This document shows, in pieces, positions 24,996-39,677 of a DNA stretch of 64,000 nucleotides; within the stretch, counting starts at the first letter, position 1; each line of letters begins with the position of its first letter. Origin of the DNA: Camelus ferus. Taxonomy: Eukaryota. Under the pieces are notes generated by a model. The model saw only the letters and a list, made by a program, of their open reading frames with translations, was not told where the DNA came from and did no database searches. The stretch lies in the NCBI RefSeq assembly GCF_009834535.1, contig NC_045696.1, forward strand, positions 87,422,001 through 87,486,000. Direction: 5' to 3'. Both the position numbers and the translations under genes were made by a program.

Positions 24996-26944
24996 TTATT
25001 TAATCTGGAAATTTCAAGTACATTTTCCCATTAAGTCTTTATTAATATGAAAGCATCATATAAAGTTCTATAATTATAAACAAGCATAGCATCTACTACT
25101 AGAGAAAATTAAAAGTTTATATAGGAGTTAAAGCTACATATTAGTGAAAGAAAAGCTAAAGAAGCAATCAAAAAAGTAGAACTTTAGTGGAAATGAATAA
25201 AAGTAATCTCCAAATGTAATTTTACATTAAAAAAAAACTGTAATCAATAGGTAAAATACAGTGTTATGAACTTGTCAGGCTAATACTACACTAGAACAGT
25301 ATCTCAGAAAATGTGGAATCAGGCAGTTGGTGCCACTACTATTGTGTTACATTCATAAACTGGGCCAGTTTTCTCTTTTAAACTTTATGGGTCGGCTAGA
25401 GAATATTTTTCATTAGCAACTCTTATTCTCATTCCTACAGCTAATTCAGTATCACCTTCAGAAACAGTGACAAACTACTACATATAAAGAAAAAAAGCAA
25501 GGGAAGAAAGAAGAAAATCGTATTCATCTCGTAATAAATGGCTTTTCCTCCCACTAATATGACTGCATATGTATCTTTTTTCCTGTAAAGTGTTTAAATT
25601 GTCTAAATTGTAATCTAATTTATACATGTCTAGTATGAGATATATCTTCAATCTCTTTGAACATCAAATTTAGCTATTAAATATTAAAATATGTACTGGA
25701 AGTTACGAGTAATGAGAACATGTTATATTTTACAACATTTCTATTCACATATAGTCATTACTAAGTATCTAAATGCCTAATATGTGTGAAGAACTGTACG
25801 GTCATTTGGGTGCCAGAGAAAAATAAAGGATTTCATTAAGCAGCCAGGTAAAAGAGAGATACACATTAACATGTATGATGTAGTGTATTTTTTTTATAGA
25901 GAGCATTTATTGAAAATTTTTAAAGTTTCAGAGAGCAATATGAGCATTTATATCATCTTCACTTTTTCTATTTAAATAATTTTATTTTAAAATCAGGTAT
26001 TTGTTAATTATGATGTGTATAGTTTTATTTTTCTAGATAATTCCAAGAAATAAAATCAATTTTTGAAAATATAAATTTTCCTTTTACATTTACTTTACGT
26101 TTTTGATGAAAATATACTCAAATTCTATGCACTTTAAATACAACAGAATTTTATGGAGAAAATACTTAAGAACAGAATATTCAAATAAACCTTCAAATAT
26201 TTTACCACATTTAAATATATTTCAGAAAGGTAATTTCTCTAAATTATGCCTTATATAAACAGATGTGTATAGTCTTCATTTTCTTGAAAAGATCATTGAA
26301 TAATCAGAGTAGAAGTGATACAAAGTGTAACACAAACCATAAAACAGGAAAGTAACACTGACTTGTTTGTTCTAAAGAAACTTTTGTTTGTTTGTTTTTT
26401 TCAATAGATTATCTACTTTCTAAAGGGCTGGAAAGGGAATTGCAGTATCTGCAATAAAGCTCTCATTCAAGAGTGCAATAACATGACCGTGCGATTACAT
26501 AATTTAGTTTTCCTACTGGAGGTTTTACAACGTCTATTTACGTGGAGAAAAAAAATAAAATGATCCATGTTAAAAATAATTTAATAATATTGCCTGGAAT
26601 AAGGCATACTGTCTTAAATTTTAAAAGACTGATGTAGAGGCTGCTACACAACAGCTGAGACTCAAGATTATATCCTGAGTGAAAATGGAAAATCTAAAAT
26701 TGCAGTTTGTATTTATCACCTTTAAATTTCTTATAGCTAAAAAGATACTGTAATATATCTACCACTGCAAACAAATTAAAATTTCAATAGCTATAATCTA
26801 TAGTATCCACACTCTTAATATAATCATATCTAAAATCTGCTGTGCTAAGGTTTTTAATTTATTATTTATCCAATGTTTATGATGAGATTTAAGAAAACTC
26901 TTAATCCATTAGGATGCTGGACAGCAGAACTGATAACAAACGAT

Positions 26945-27035
26945 ATGATGTCTGGGAACCTGGGTTTCATTCTCTCACATGCTGCCTCTGTGACCTTGGG
27001 CAATAATTTTAACTTCCCTGAGACTTATTTTGGAG
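26945..27035 (+). mobile_element. MIR SINE fragment
   Basis: acctgggtttc...ctgtgaccttgggcaataattttaacttccctgagact (MIR core). Confidence 0.65.
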
Positions 27036-30000
27036 TTAATACTAAAATACAATAGTCTAGGGCAAGTCAATGGTTTCGCACAGACAGCAAAAAAGAAAAT
27101 TGTGAGTAGGTATGATGACAAATACCTGTTAAGTTGGCTTTTTTTTTTAATTAGGAATATCCACTTGGCTCCAGGACATAGTGAATTTTGTTATGAAACT
27201 TTGTCAAACTGTAATGTTAAGCCAACAAAGGTTTTGCATCATTTTTAACCAGAGTAATCTGATACATCAAGTGAGCTTTTTCCCCCAGAAGCACAAGGAT
27301 AAAGTGATGCTTTTCAGCACAAATTGATGGATTTTGTTTTTTAAAGAGAAAATCTCAAAGACCACAGAAAAATCACTCCTTTTAGAAAAAAAGAAAAGCA
27401 AGTCTTACTATGCCAAGAAGTTCACAAAACCGATTTCAAATTTAATAAATTTTGTGCTTGGAGAGAAGAATGAGTTATTGGCAAAATATCTATACACGAT
27501 GACATTTTTGGTGCTTTGCAATATCACGGAGATAGAAAAACAATTGCTATCACTCCTCTTGGAGCAGTAATACAGCCTGAAAAAGGGTTCATTGCACTCG
27601 GTGCCTACAGAGAAACAGCCACATGTGGAGTAATTAAGGCCAAACCTCCATGATATTTTAAAATTTGTGAGTGGCCATCTCCTCAGTTGTAACCCACACA
27701 AACAAAAGTTTGAATGTCAAAAAGTAACAGATTTGTCTAGGAAAAGGCTTTGTAATTTCTGGTCCAAAATTGTTAGGTTGACTTTGAATATCTACAATTA
27801 TCTGATGGAGATACCAGTATTTTTGCATTCCTGATGGCATAAAATTGAGTGCTGGGGTTGCCTATACCTCAAGTTACTGTTCAGCTAAATATGAACAACT
27901 TGGTGAGAGACAGCAAATGATATGTTTCATAAGCAAAAAACAATCCTAATGATAGTTATGTTGGAGAACACAAATTCTGTTTCATAAATGCTGATCAACG
28001 ATTAAGTCATGTGGGGAAAAAAACATTTAAAAATACATAGTAACCTCTGCAGGTGAAAGTAATCATTATCAATTTATATGTGGTACTTCCCTGGAAAACA
28101 AGTGACAGTGAGAATATCCCTCAAGGTTGATTTTTTTCAGTACAGTGGAAGAACTGAGAACTAACCTTACTAAGACTTGACTTCCTCTCTTTAGTATTTT
28201 TAATAGCAGCCTTAGCAAAGCTCGTGATTATTTTGGCATGGTTTAGGGCAGTGGCAATGAGTAAGTGGAAATGAATGTTTAGATTCAAAATAAATTCAGG
28301 AACTGGATTACCGAATATGAGACGATGAAAGAGAAATGTCAAAGAGGACACACTAGGTATCCACTTAGACAGCAGGAAGAATGATAGTGGAACAAACTCA
28401 CAAAGAGCCACAAGCCTAGGTTACAGGCTGAGGACCACAGTTTCTGTCATATTACAAACGGCTGAAGGTTATGGAAGATGAAGTCAGAGAATTAAGAACT
28501 TAAAGCTTTTAGTGAGTCATAGACATTTCTCAGAAACTTCAAAACCTGCAGAGCAATACAACTCATGTCTTCAGTGATTTAGAGAAAGAATGGAGAAGCT
28601 GATGGTATAGACAGGCATCCCAAATAAATAGATTTTAGAATCTGAATGATCTAAGAGCTGATTAGGGATCCCATCTACCATGCCTGACATTTGTGGAATT
28701 TAGGACAAGGAACACCTCTTTGAGAAGGCTATATTTATGCTAGGAATGGGAGGAAACATTTTTTGAAGGGGTTGAGGATGTGGCTGTTTGTTTTGTTTTT
28801 CAGCACAGTTCCAGAGGAATGAGTAGCGATTTTTTGGAACGATAAAAGCAATGTAAGCTTGCATGAGACAAACTAATGCACAAAGCAATATACAGTGTGT
28901 GGAGAGGAGGGGTTCAGAGAAGCTTGTATTTGAATCACAACAGAGGTAAACTTGGGGATGGGTAGAAGAGTGAAATGCACTGTACTCAAAAGACTTTTTA
29001 AAAGGTATTAGTCCCCAAACTCCTTTTATCTTTTAGGCATCATGTACCTTTCCTTCATAAAACTAACCACAAAGTGCACATGTGTACATGAAATGAATGT
29101 CAGTCCTATCTTTTAGCCTGTAAACTATATGTATGAGTGGTCGTGTTCGTCACTGTTTCTTTGAGCACAGATTTTGGTACATAGTAAACTTGTACTATAA
29201 ACACTGTAAGATCTAGATTTGTTTTCTTGTCTGGACTTAAATGAAACTGGATTCTAATATGCTGTGTATAGTGTTTGTCTATGGGATGTTTACATGAGAC
29301 TGTGTACAAAGACAGGAGAAAAAGATGAATCAGACACTGAAAGATTTATTCCACCTATTTTCTTCTTGATTTTATTTTTATTCAAACATTTTTCTTAAAT
29401 GGATACGTATTATTTTTAGAATTCCAATAAAGGTGAGGATGTTTGTTTCACTCACTAATATCTATCCCCAGGATCTAGATGGGCACCTGGTATATAGCAG
29501 ACACTTTCTATATTTGTCAAATTAATGATGGCACCTACCAACATTACTGGGAAAATAAATTAAAACAAAACAATGTCCTCACCGTGTGTTCTTCATTGAC
29601 TAATAATATTTTTTGGGTGATAATATTTCATTACATTCCCCACAGATCTACTATTTCAGCCATATTAAAGAGAACCAAGATGTGCATCTGCTATAATAGC
29701 AACTCATCACGTTTACCATATCAGACACATTTTTCTAAGAGTAACATAAAGGTATACTAGAGGCATCATGCTCAAAGAGGTTAAAGTAATCTTCTGAGAA
29801 ACATGGTGTGGGATTTGTAATGAGGTCACAGGTGCTGAGCAGTGTACATACACAATGGTAGTATAAAGTATTTGTATACTCATTTTAAAATGCATTGTGA
29901 GCATCAACCTCCACTGCCTTCAGGGAATAATTTTATTTCCTATTTAATTTCAGGTGTTGCGACTGCCTTTAGGTTATTATAAACTATGCATAGCGCTATA

Positions 30001-30656
30001 TACAAATAAAAGTTGCGGTTTGTATTCTTTACCAAGTACAAATTTTGTTTTAAATTAAACATGCTGTAGATTTATGGCTCAATTCACGATCTTGTCATGG
30101 TTACACAGTACTATTCAAAGGAGAGTTTCAATGGACAACTTTGAAAAGATGCCAGATTTTTCAGTAGATTACCAGGAATTCTATTAGTGCCTTGAAAATT
30201 CACAGAATAAACAAATATATAAAATATAATTAAATGCATACTTCTTGACCTGGAAATTAGGTTACTTTCCTTAGAGCCAAAGCTTCAGCAGTGGTGAATT
30301 TGTCTTTTAACTCCCAACTGCAACCCTCAATTTTTTTCTCCTGTCACACTGAAACAGCTTGAAAATCTGATACCATTTCTACTTCTATTTTGTCCTGTGT
30401 AGCAGGGGAACAAGGGAATAAGCTATGACTTTTTTCCTTCCCTGTGACAAGTTTTTTATGAGATTATTTGACAAAGAAATTATACTGTTATATAAGAATT
30501 TGGTTCTTTTTTTCTATTTTAATCTCTCAAATTTCAGAAACTTTACTAGCTTCTTAAACAGAAGTTACCATATAACTGCATTCCTATGCAAAAAGGTGGC
30601 TTCTTAGGCTAATTTCTGATCAAGCTTTTAATGATTCTTTTTTCTCCAGAATTTCT

Positions 30657-30811
30657 TTTTCTTTAAATTTTTTTAAAAATTAAAAACACATTTTGGGGGG
30701 ATAGAGGTAATTCGGTTTGCTTATTTATGTTTTAGAGGAGGTACTGGGGATTGAACCCAGAGCCTCGTGCATGCTAAGCATGCACTCTACGACTTGAGCT
30801 ATACCCTCCCC
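30657..30811 (-). mobile_element. Camelid tRNA-derived SINE (Vic-1 type)
   Basis: Reverse complement ggggagggtatagctcaagtcgtagagtgcatgcttagcatgcacgaggctctgggttcaatccccagtacctcc contains Pol III A/B boxes; 18-bp TSD tttttctccagaatttct at 30639-30656 and 30814-30831. Confidence 0.93.
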
Positions 30812-30959
30812 ACTTTTTCTCCAGAATTTCTGAGCAAGAAACTTTGATATATCTTTTGAGATATTTTAGAATTCAACAAAAATTGAATACATGAGAAATC
30901 TTCCCTTTCAGGAAATACAGTGAAACAAGGCTTTTTCTTTTAAATAACATTGACAAATT

Positions 30960-32085
30960 CTACTTATTGAGCACAGGATTTCGTCTTTCATCTCGGACTT
31001 GTACAGCATTTGACACAGTCAACCACGCTATCCATTGTAAAACATTCTTCTCTCTTGAATTTTCTGGCACAATACTTCTCTGTCCTCTATTACTCTGGCC
31101 ACTACTTTCCAGTAATAATCGTATGATTCTCTCTATTCTGTGCTGCCTTTGAGCTCAGTTCTGAGCTCTCAAGCTGACTCATCCTGAACACCTTGGAATA
31201 ACCTCAAAACCACAGCACCACTGGATCTTTTCCTCTGCTCCCCTTCCTTAAATATCTAGCCTTCCCCTCCTGGGTAAAGTGCTGAACATTGCACGAGTCA
31301 TTTCCCAGTTCTGGAAATCAAGATTTAAGGGATTTCTTTATTCCTTTTGCTAACCCCCTCTTCCTCATTTAGTACATAGTTTTCCGGTTCCTCCAACTTT
31401 CTCCAAATATGTCAAATCCATCCTCTTCTATCTTTAATACCACTGCCACCATAGCTCACTGAGACTACGGAAATAGCTTCCTAACATGTTTGCCTAGCCC
31501 ACTCAAGATCCAGAGTTAATTCTCCACAGAGCAGCCATGGTAGCATTTTAATAACACAAATCAACTAATTTTACTTTTCTCTTTAAAAACTTCAGTGGCT
31601 CCTCATTGCTCTCAGAATGAAACGCGAATGCCTTGACCAGATCTACACCACACATCATGGTGGTCTCTGACCTTTCCAATTTCATTTGAGAACGCAGCCC
31701 TTATCTTCCGCTCCATCATGTTATACTTTCACTAACTTCCTGTCAATTCTTTATAAAAAATGTGAAGCCCTTTCTTACTTCACAGACTCTCACCTTATTG
31801 CCTCAATACCTGCATAAGTTGCTTTAACTGCATATAGATCTCAACTCAAATGTCATGTTGCAGGGGCCTGTGATGATCGTCTTCCACAAAGTAACTTTTT
31901 TGTTCATTTCTTCATAGTACTTACTAATCAGGAATTACATTTTACGTACATGTAATCAGTTTTCCCTTTCTTAAATGCAAATTGGATTAAGTCATGGATG
32001 ATACAGGTCTTGTTTAAGTATTTATTTCTAGCCACTAGCATAGTACTTGACTTGCTGAATGAATGAATAAGCAAATGAATGAAAG
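30960..32085 (+). mobile_element. L2 3' portion
   Basis: cagcatttgacacagtcaaccac, ctccacagagcagcca, ttcagtggctcctcattgctctcagaat, and terminal tgaatgaatgaa repeats. Confidence 0.85.
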
Positions 32086-34809
32086 AATGTACAAGTCGTG
32101 TTTCCACATATTATTAGATGCAGTGACATCTATTTCAGTCTTTATCCATATGGAGAAGTTATGTATTAGTGTAAGGGGGAGAAGTACCACAAACAGAACT
32201 ATTTGGTTCTCATATATTGACTTTATTTTAAATCTCATAAATGGCCTTCTATTAAATCTGCTCACAATCTGTGTGAGACCTTTTTTCTCCCAATATTCAT
32301 AGTATTAAGTTGGTTAGAATAAAAGTGACCTTAGCTGAAAGTCATAGCTATTCCCTTATAACATGGACACAAACCATCTTCCTGAGCACTGATGGAGTGA
32401 TTTCTTTTGATGTGACTTGTATCATCTAAGAAAGGTGTTTTCTGATCATCAAAGTGCTTTACTTGGCCTATGCAAGTGTATGATACTGTAACATCTGATC
32501 CCAGGAACCAAGAGGGATTCAAAATTATTTGACATCCTCAAGTTCAGTGATACAGAAAAGGCATGTTGTTGCCAATGAAGGAATAGGACAGCATTTGCCA
32601 ACTCTTCCAAGTGCTTCTCCTTTTAGCCAGATGAAGCCTCACAGCTAGTTTTATTTTATCCAGATGCTACATTTTTAAGATCTTGGCAAAACAAAAGTAA
32701 ACTAGGTCTATAATCCAAATAAAGGTAGCATTTTCTCTCTCATCCTTTAATGCCCATATCAGATTATCAAAAATGAGCTCCAAATCCAAGATTGTCTCCT
32801 CTATTGACCCAATTCACCTAAAATTATGATTTAAGCTTCTTTTCTAATTGGCTATCACACCAGCCACTATATATATCAAATTTAACACTTTATACTGAAT
32901 TGCTACACATGCACATAGTAGTTACTTAATGTCACTAAAAGATTTGGATTTAACATTTGGATCTTTCTCAGCCTTTTTTTTTAATTAAAAAAATTGTTCC
33001 ATTATTTTAGCTGACTCTTTACCTCAAGTTATACATCTTTTAACTTTCCATTTATCTCTGGAATCTCCCAATACTCATTTCATAAAATGTTCTCTTTTCT
33101 GTCAGGGTGGGAAAGCATAACCATTCAAGTGAACATGTGTTCAAAGCTGGGTTTTGCAACTTACCCAATACACCTAGACTAAGTATACAGATTTGACTCT
33201 CAGCCTTAACTGTAGTCTTACTAGAGCTAATATTCATCCCATTACAAGATAGTTAAATGATTAAATATATAAAAAATGTTTAGAAAGATGCCTGATAGTA
33301 ACACTTAAAAGTATTACATTTCATATATTATGACACTAACCAAAGAACATCTCAAATCTCTTTAAAGGAAAATATATTGGACTAAATGAGGCAACGCTTC
33401 TATGTATACATCACACCTGAAGTAACTGTTGAAAGTTTTTCCATATAAATAAAAAATACCATATTCAAGTGCAAAAGGAGGTAATAAAGATTGAATTTTT
33501 ATTAAATAGGACACCAAAGCTATTGAAATAAAGTAATGAACAAAAATAGGAGCCTGGCTTAGATTAAAAAAACTCAAAACTATTTAAGGAGAGATAAAGA
33601 AAATACAAAATATGTACTTTAATCATTAAATAGTTGGAGTCTCCACTCTTTTTTTGTTTGCTTGTATTTCTGCATCTCACAATTTATATGAAAAAAATTA
33701 AAGATATAATTTGTGCCTAAGTAGGGTGTCTAAAAATGTATGAATATTTATGAAAATTTATACTGAGCCATTAATGTCAATAAAGAGAGATTTTATATAA
33801 AATATGTAGGTAGTTTTTCATAAAACCTTTTGAGTCATATAGTCAAATTAAATCATTTTACATTTATTCTGTTAATGTATTTGTATTTATTAGTTCCATA
33901 TTATAGTTAATTTTGGAAATAATTTTAAAATTAAAAAATACATAAACCTAATTTATGCTTAATGGACCTAAGATGTTTCAAATTTAGACTGTTTCACCCC
34001 TGCTCCACCAGTGTCTTTGTTTCATACAACAAAAACAACCCTATTTGCTTCACAGCCAGGAAGAAAATGGACCTTGTCTAGCCTGTCAAAGAGCCAAGGG
34101 GCTTCTAGGGCAGAGGGAATATTGCTTCTTTAGGTGAAAGCATCTTCATTATGCTAACCAATTCAGAACAGGTTTGTAGGAGGAGTTAAACTCTGGATTT
34201 GTTAGTAAGAGGAGGCTGAGGGGCAGATTTATGTAACATTGAGCTAAACCAATTCTCATCATTTTCAGTTTTTCTGAGCTCAATTAGTTTATCTGCCATG
34301 AATTCAACCTTGGAATGTATATTTTTAAATCATAGGACAAACTGTTCAAAATGTCCTAACTAACCAGATCAGCTGCTTTTAGGTTCAACCAACAAATTTA
34401 AGCTCTGAAAAAAAAAAAATGATAAACTTATATAATAGAGCAATGTCTTCATCTGCATATGAAAAAGGTGGTATAATGACATTAAATTATTCTACAAAAC
34501 TTTAAAGACTTCCAAAAACATGCTAAAGTAACACTAAACACAGTGGATTCTGATTTAAGAGTTGTTTTTCCATCTGTAAAACTATTTGTTTATATTCCTC
34601 AGAAGTAAGGTGTGGTTTCTATAAAATATTTAGTGAAAAATAAAAGCAATGGTTCTGCAGAATATTCACGGACACTATTGTCTTTTAAGTTAAACTGTAT
34701 GAAATTATAATTATATAGGTCAAAGAAGTCAGTTTCATGTTTCAAATGTAACAGTTTCATCTTTATCAATTTCTATAATCTGTATCACTTCTGTTTAGCT
34801 TGAGCTATT

Positions 34810-34975
34810 ATGCCAATAGTTCCCAATCTTTGATGCACATTGGAATCACCTGAGAAGCTTTAGAACCTACTAACACCTGCCTTCCATCCCTAGACAATCA
34901 ATTAAGTTGATATGCTCTGGGCATCAAAATTTTTAAAGATCTTCTCAGACCTTGTTCAGCAATAGCCATTTTGGG
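34810..34975. mobile_element. MER5A-like hAT-Charlie MITE
   Basis: gatgcacattggaatcacctgagaagcttt core motif. Confidence 0.65.
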
Positions 34976-37900
34976 AATTGGTTTGCTACCCTGTTGGCTT
35001 TCAATCTTTTGTTTGATTAAAATTTATGTAGGAAGCTAGTTAAACTTCAAGATTCATGAACTCCATTCTATGAAATTCTGATTCAGAAATTCTAGAGTGT
35101 CCTTCTTGGATTGAACTCTAGAAAAGCAGCTAGTCCAACTAACATTTTTGTAGAAATAACTAGACCAGTGGTTTGCACAGAGGATGTACTCCAGAGTTTA
35201 TCTAATAAAAGCAATGAATTGACAAAACTGATGCAGAAAGCAATGAATTCATGGAATTGGCCCAGAAATCCTAGTAGTGAGACCTGTGCCCTAATTTAAA
35301 ACTTTCTACACATAGTTCTAACATGCTGCCAGAGATGAGAAACCACTGTTCTGCAGTCTCAGTTAAGTTTAGTGATAAACGCCACAAAATGACACAGAAA
35401 CCACAGTTTGAATCCTGCAATTCACTTAGGAATCACATAACTTCGGATAAGTAACTAAAACTTACTTAGCTGTTTGTCATACGGGTTGAATAACAGCAGA
35501 AATCTCATGGTAGTAACTGTTACATGACTGAATGAGGAAAAAATTAAAATTATTAAACCTGGTAGGAAAGTGTCTATCATTCCTTAAAAACCAGCAGCAG
35601 CAACAAAAAATGTAGTCAAGCCGTTTTTTTCCTGTAGCCAAATTCCCAGCTAACCCATTCTTACTCTAGTATACCTTGCTAGGGCTCTAAAGTCAGCCTC
35701 CATCAAAATTCCCTAATAACAACGACAATATTAATCCTTTATAAACACTTTTTACCACTGTCTTCAGGACATCAGTCTCTTGGTTTTCCTCTTACCTTAC
35801 CGGCTGCTTTTTTTCTCATTACGAAGTGCTCCAGGACTTTGTCTTCAGAACTCTCCTCTTTATCTAACTTCATTCTCCGTCAAAGTAATCTCAACCAATT
35901 CTACAGCTTTAAACATTATTTGTGGGTCAGCACCTCTGAAAATCATTTCTAACACAAGTCATATCACTCTAGCACTGGTCCCCACTCTCCTAATCCCCCT
36001 TTATGAACCATCCAGCACACAGCCAACTCCCTTTATTAAGTCTCTCAAGGTTGCCCGGAAGTGGGCTCTCCCTTCCCGCAGCAAAGTAAAATCTTGATTG
36101 ACTTCAGGTGTGTTCCTAGCGCACTCTCTGTCTCGGTCTTTGTCTTTCCATCGTGGTCTTGGAGAACAGTGTATCCAAAACACCCTGTATGTCCAAAACA
36201 TAGATCCTCTAGTGGAGACTTCTATTTGTTTTTTAAAATTTGTTTCCTTTTAATTACTCACGGAATTTTGTATTTGTTAAGCCAGTATCTCTCCAAAACA
36301 TGGAGCCGCTTGAAAAACGTTGTTTGAAATACACTAGTTATCTCTCCAAAATTCTTTTGCCTTGGAGTCTTTGTTTAGAGCTTGAAATCCCATAAAACAA
36401 AAATCAATGAAATAAATATAAATAACTGTCTCATAAGTGAACCGTTTGATTTTAAGTTCCTATTCTTCCTCTACCCTAAAGTATCTAAAATATATAAAAT
36501 ATAAGTTATCCTACAACCATATGGCATCTCCCTGGAAACTCCTACTTTGTTATTGCCTAGCAGGTAACAGACTATATGTGTACTAGATAGGACTGGAAAA
36601 TGAAAAATGTGATTGGGTTAAATGAAAGTTCTGCCCTTATAGCAGCTGCCATTATAACCCAAAATGGCTTGCTATAGGTAGATACTGATGCTTTAACTAA
36701 TTAAAAACAGGTGGACTATTTGAACACGGAGGGCAGTAAGAGCTCTGCCATTCCTAGGTTTGGCTGTTAATGATAATAAGATCATTTACAACAGCAGGTG
36801 TTTAAAATGCCATCTATGCAAGGGGAAAAATATGTGTTGAGCATAGAAAGCTATTTTTAACCTGCTCGGGATTTTTTTTCTCAATTTAGGAAACTAGGTT
36901 CTATTTAAATGTGATCTAACAGTGGTATCTCTTCTGAAATTCAACCGATGATTATAACATTAAATTTCTTTAACATATAGATGCATAGATGAATGTGATG
37001 ACATTTTGTGGCAATATATAAGATATTTATTTTTACAGCTCTGGGTTTAATCTAGGTCTTCAAAACAACACAATAAGCAGGTATCTTTCTTATACTTTGG
37101 CTCAAAATTGGAATATAATCAGTAAAGTGAGTGTAAAGTCTGCCCTGCTTTTTTCATGCCATCTTATTGAGTCAGGGAAATGGCTTGAGAATGCATGTTA
37201 TTGTGCAAAATTAGTTTTGTGTTTTAATACTTATTACTTACTAATAATTCATATTTTTTAATTAAAAGTACAGGCTGTCACTAAGTACACTATTTTCACT
37301 TATCTTGTGTGGTTGTTAGTAGCTGATGAAATAGTTCCCTTGTGAAAGTCACAGTATCATGCGAATTGTGAAAGTTAAAATGAATTGCTTTCTAGGTTTG
37401 AGTAACCTTGCTTAAGGCTTTATGTGTGGCAAGATTCTTTTTACCATTACTTAAGTAAAAAAGATCCACAACTTGGAAATAAAGCAGGAGGATGCTGCAT
37501 GTCCTTTCAATGTCATTGTTTAAGAGGCTCAGTCTAGAATTATTTAATTATCTTGGAGAATGCACATGTGTTTTACTTTCCTATTTATTATTTTATTAGA
37601 TCTCTGAAACTGTGAAGTTAAATGTTGACTTACAGGTTTCTGTCGGGTATAAAAGATAAGCCTAAAGGTTTCACGGTTTCACTTTTAAGGCTTATAAGAC
37701 ATTTAACAGTTTTATTCCTATTATCAAATTCTTTTCAGGAATCCTTTGAAGACATAAATCTCTGTTCCTTGAATTATCCTTTGAACCAGTTTTACCATTT
37801 TACTAGTTCCCTTATTGATGAATGAGATGAATAACATCATCGAAACATGTTTATCCTATACTTGTCTTGTAGTCTTGCTTTTAACTTTAGAAAATTACAC

Positions 37901-39126
37901 TTCAACAGTTCTGCAAGTTGTGCAAAGTAGACTCACCTGCCAGAGACGATTACACGGAGTTATCTGAGAACAGCAACTGACAGCACATCTTGTCTTGGCT
38001 CCTAGAGTAATTCCCAAGAAGCATTAGAATTTTAAGTCATTGACTCTCTGTTTCTGTTATTTTCCCTGATTTTGTGTTTTTTGGTTTTTGTTTTCTTTAC
38101 TTTGTTTCCAGTTCTAGACCAAGTCTGGTTGTGGTTCTCATTTATTTGTTCAGGGCTAAGAAATTATTCCCAGCTGGTGGCAGCACAAATTAGGAATCAG
38201 GTTTTATGATTTGATTACTTAGTGGTCTGTGTTGAGTGGATGATGGAGATGTGTTCTCTGTTGGGTGAGAGCTGATAGGGAATCCTGCTTAACGGTCCTT
38301 TTAAATTTGTTTTTCTCTTTGGGAGAACAAATAATTTAAGAACATATTCTATGCCCTCTGGAATGGAAATCAGGTCTTTGAAATCTGGACCAGGGAGTTA
38401 GGTTTTTCTGTTTATTTTGACCTGTTATGGAGATTAGAAAACTTAAGTTCTGTGTCTCTATGTCTGAATTAATAAGGGCCTTTATCTTTCATTTTGTGAG
38501 TTGAAATATTTTCCTAATCTAAGAAGGTATTGATACATTTGATTATAATACTCAAATTCAAGAAGTTTTGTATTAATTGTTTTATAGAGAAGAGAGGTGA
38601 TTATACGTCTAATATTTCAAAAGATAATAGAAAATAAACTTATCTGGTAATATTTTAGTGTACTAGAATTTAAGAGATACAAAGATTATTTTCTCAGAAA
38701 TTTTTACCTCAAGCATCTGCTTATATGAAAATCCAAGTTCAAATGAGTCTCCTGATGACAGACCATTTTAATAATTTTGGTTTTAAAAAATACTTTTTGT
38801 GCTTATTAGTATGAAGTATGTACACAAAATTTATAAGATTTAGGACTGTGAAAATGTAAAATTAAATGTTCAATTAAATTGAATCATTCTGCAATATGTT
38901 TTTATAATAGTAATTATGCTTTGTAGTATGTTTGCTTGAAAACTTCTAAGATCAAACTTTAATTTTAAAAATTTGGACTTATCTACACATTTTCTTTGTG
39001 AAATGCAAGGGAGTTACTTTGGTTAAAATAAACTCATGTTAAGTCAAGTATTATTCATGATCCTATCTTAGTCAAGTGACCAAATCTCTTTTATAGCTGT
39101 TATTAGTTAAAAATGTTGTTAGTATT

Positions 39127-39293
39127 AGATATACAACAAGGTCCTACTGTATAGCACAGGGAACTCTATTCAATACTTTGTAATAGCCTGTAATGAAAAA
39201 GAATATGAAAAGGAATAGATAACAGAATCACTATGCTATACACTCGAAAATTAATACAACATGGTAAATTGACTATACTTCAATTAAAAAAAA
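39127..39293 (+). mobile_element. Young camelid/artiodactyl L1 3' end
   Basis: acaacaaggtcctactgtatagcacagggaac...gactatacttcaattaaaaaaaa; TSD aaaaatgttgttagtatt/aaaaattctgttagtatt. Confidence 0.92.
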
Positions 39294-39306
39294 TTCTGTT
39301 AGTATT

Positions 39307-39677
39307 TTTTTTAATATTTTTATTGATTTATAATCATTTTACAATGTTGTGTCAAATTCATGTAGAGCACAATTTTTCAGTTATACATGAACATATATAT
39401 ATTCATTGTCACATTTTTTTTCTCTGCGAGCTGCCATAAGATCTTGTGTGTATTTCCCTGTACTATATAGTATAATCTTGTTTATCTAGTCTGCATTTTT
39501 AAAAACCCATCTATCCCTTCCCACCCTCCACCCCCTTGGCAACCACAAGTTTGTATTCTATGTCTATGAATCTATTTCTGTTCCGTATTTATGCTTTGTT
39601 TTTTAGATTCCACATATGAGTGATCTCATATGGTATTTTTTTTCTCTTTCTGGCTTACTTCACTTAGAATGAACATC
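39307..39677 (-). mobile_element. Young camelid/artiodactyl L1 3' end, antisense
   Basis: tttttattgatttataatcattttacaatgttgtgtcaaatt...ttagattccacatatgagtgat...cttcacttagaatga, flanked by ttagtatt on both sides. Confidence 0.92.

Noticed and set aside
30738..30811. tRNA-like sequence with A/B boxes
   Set aside because: It is a SINE head with a tail and TSDs, not a tRNA gene
37600..39100. Possible ERV1 internal remnant
   Set aside because: Compositional impression only; no diagnostic termini or protein motifs
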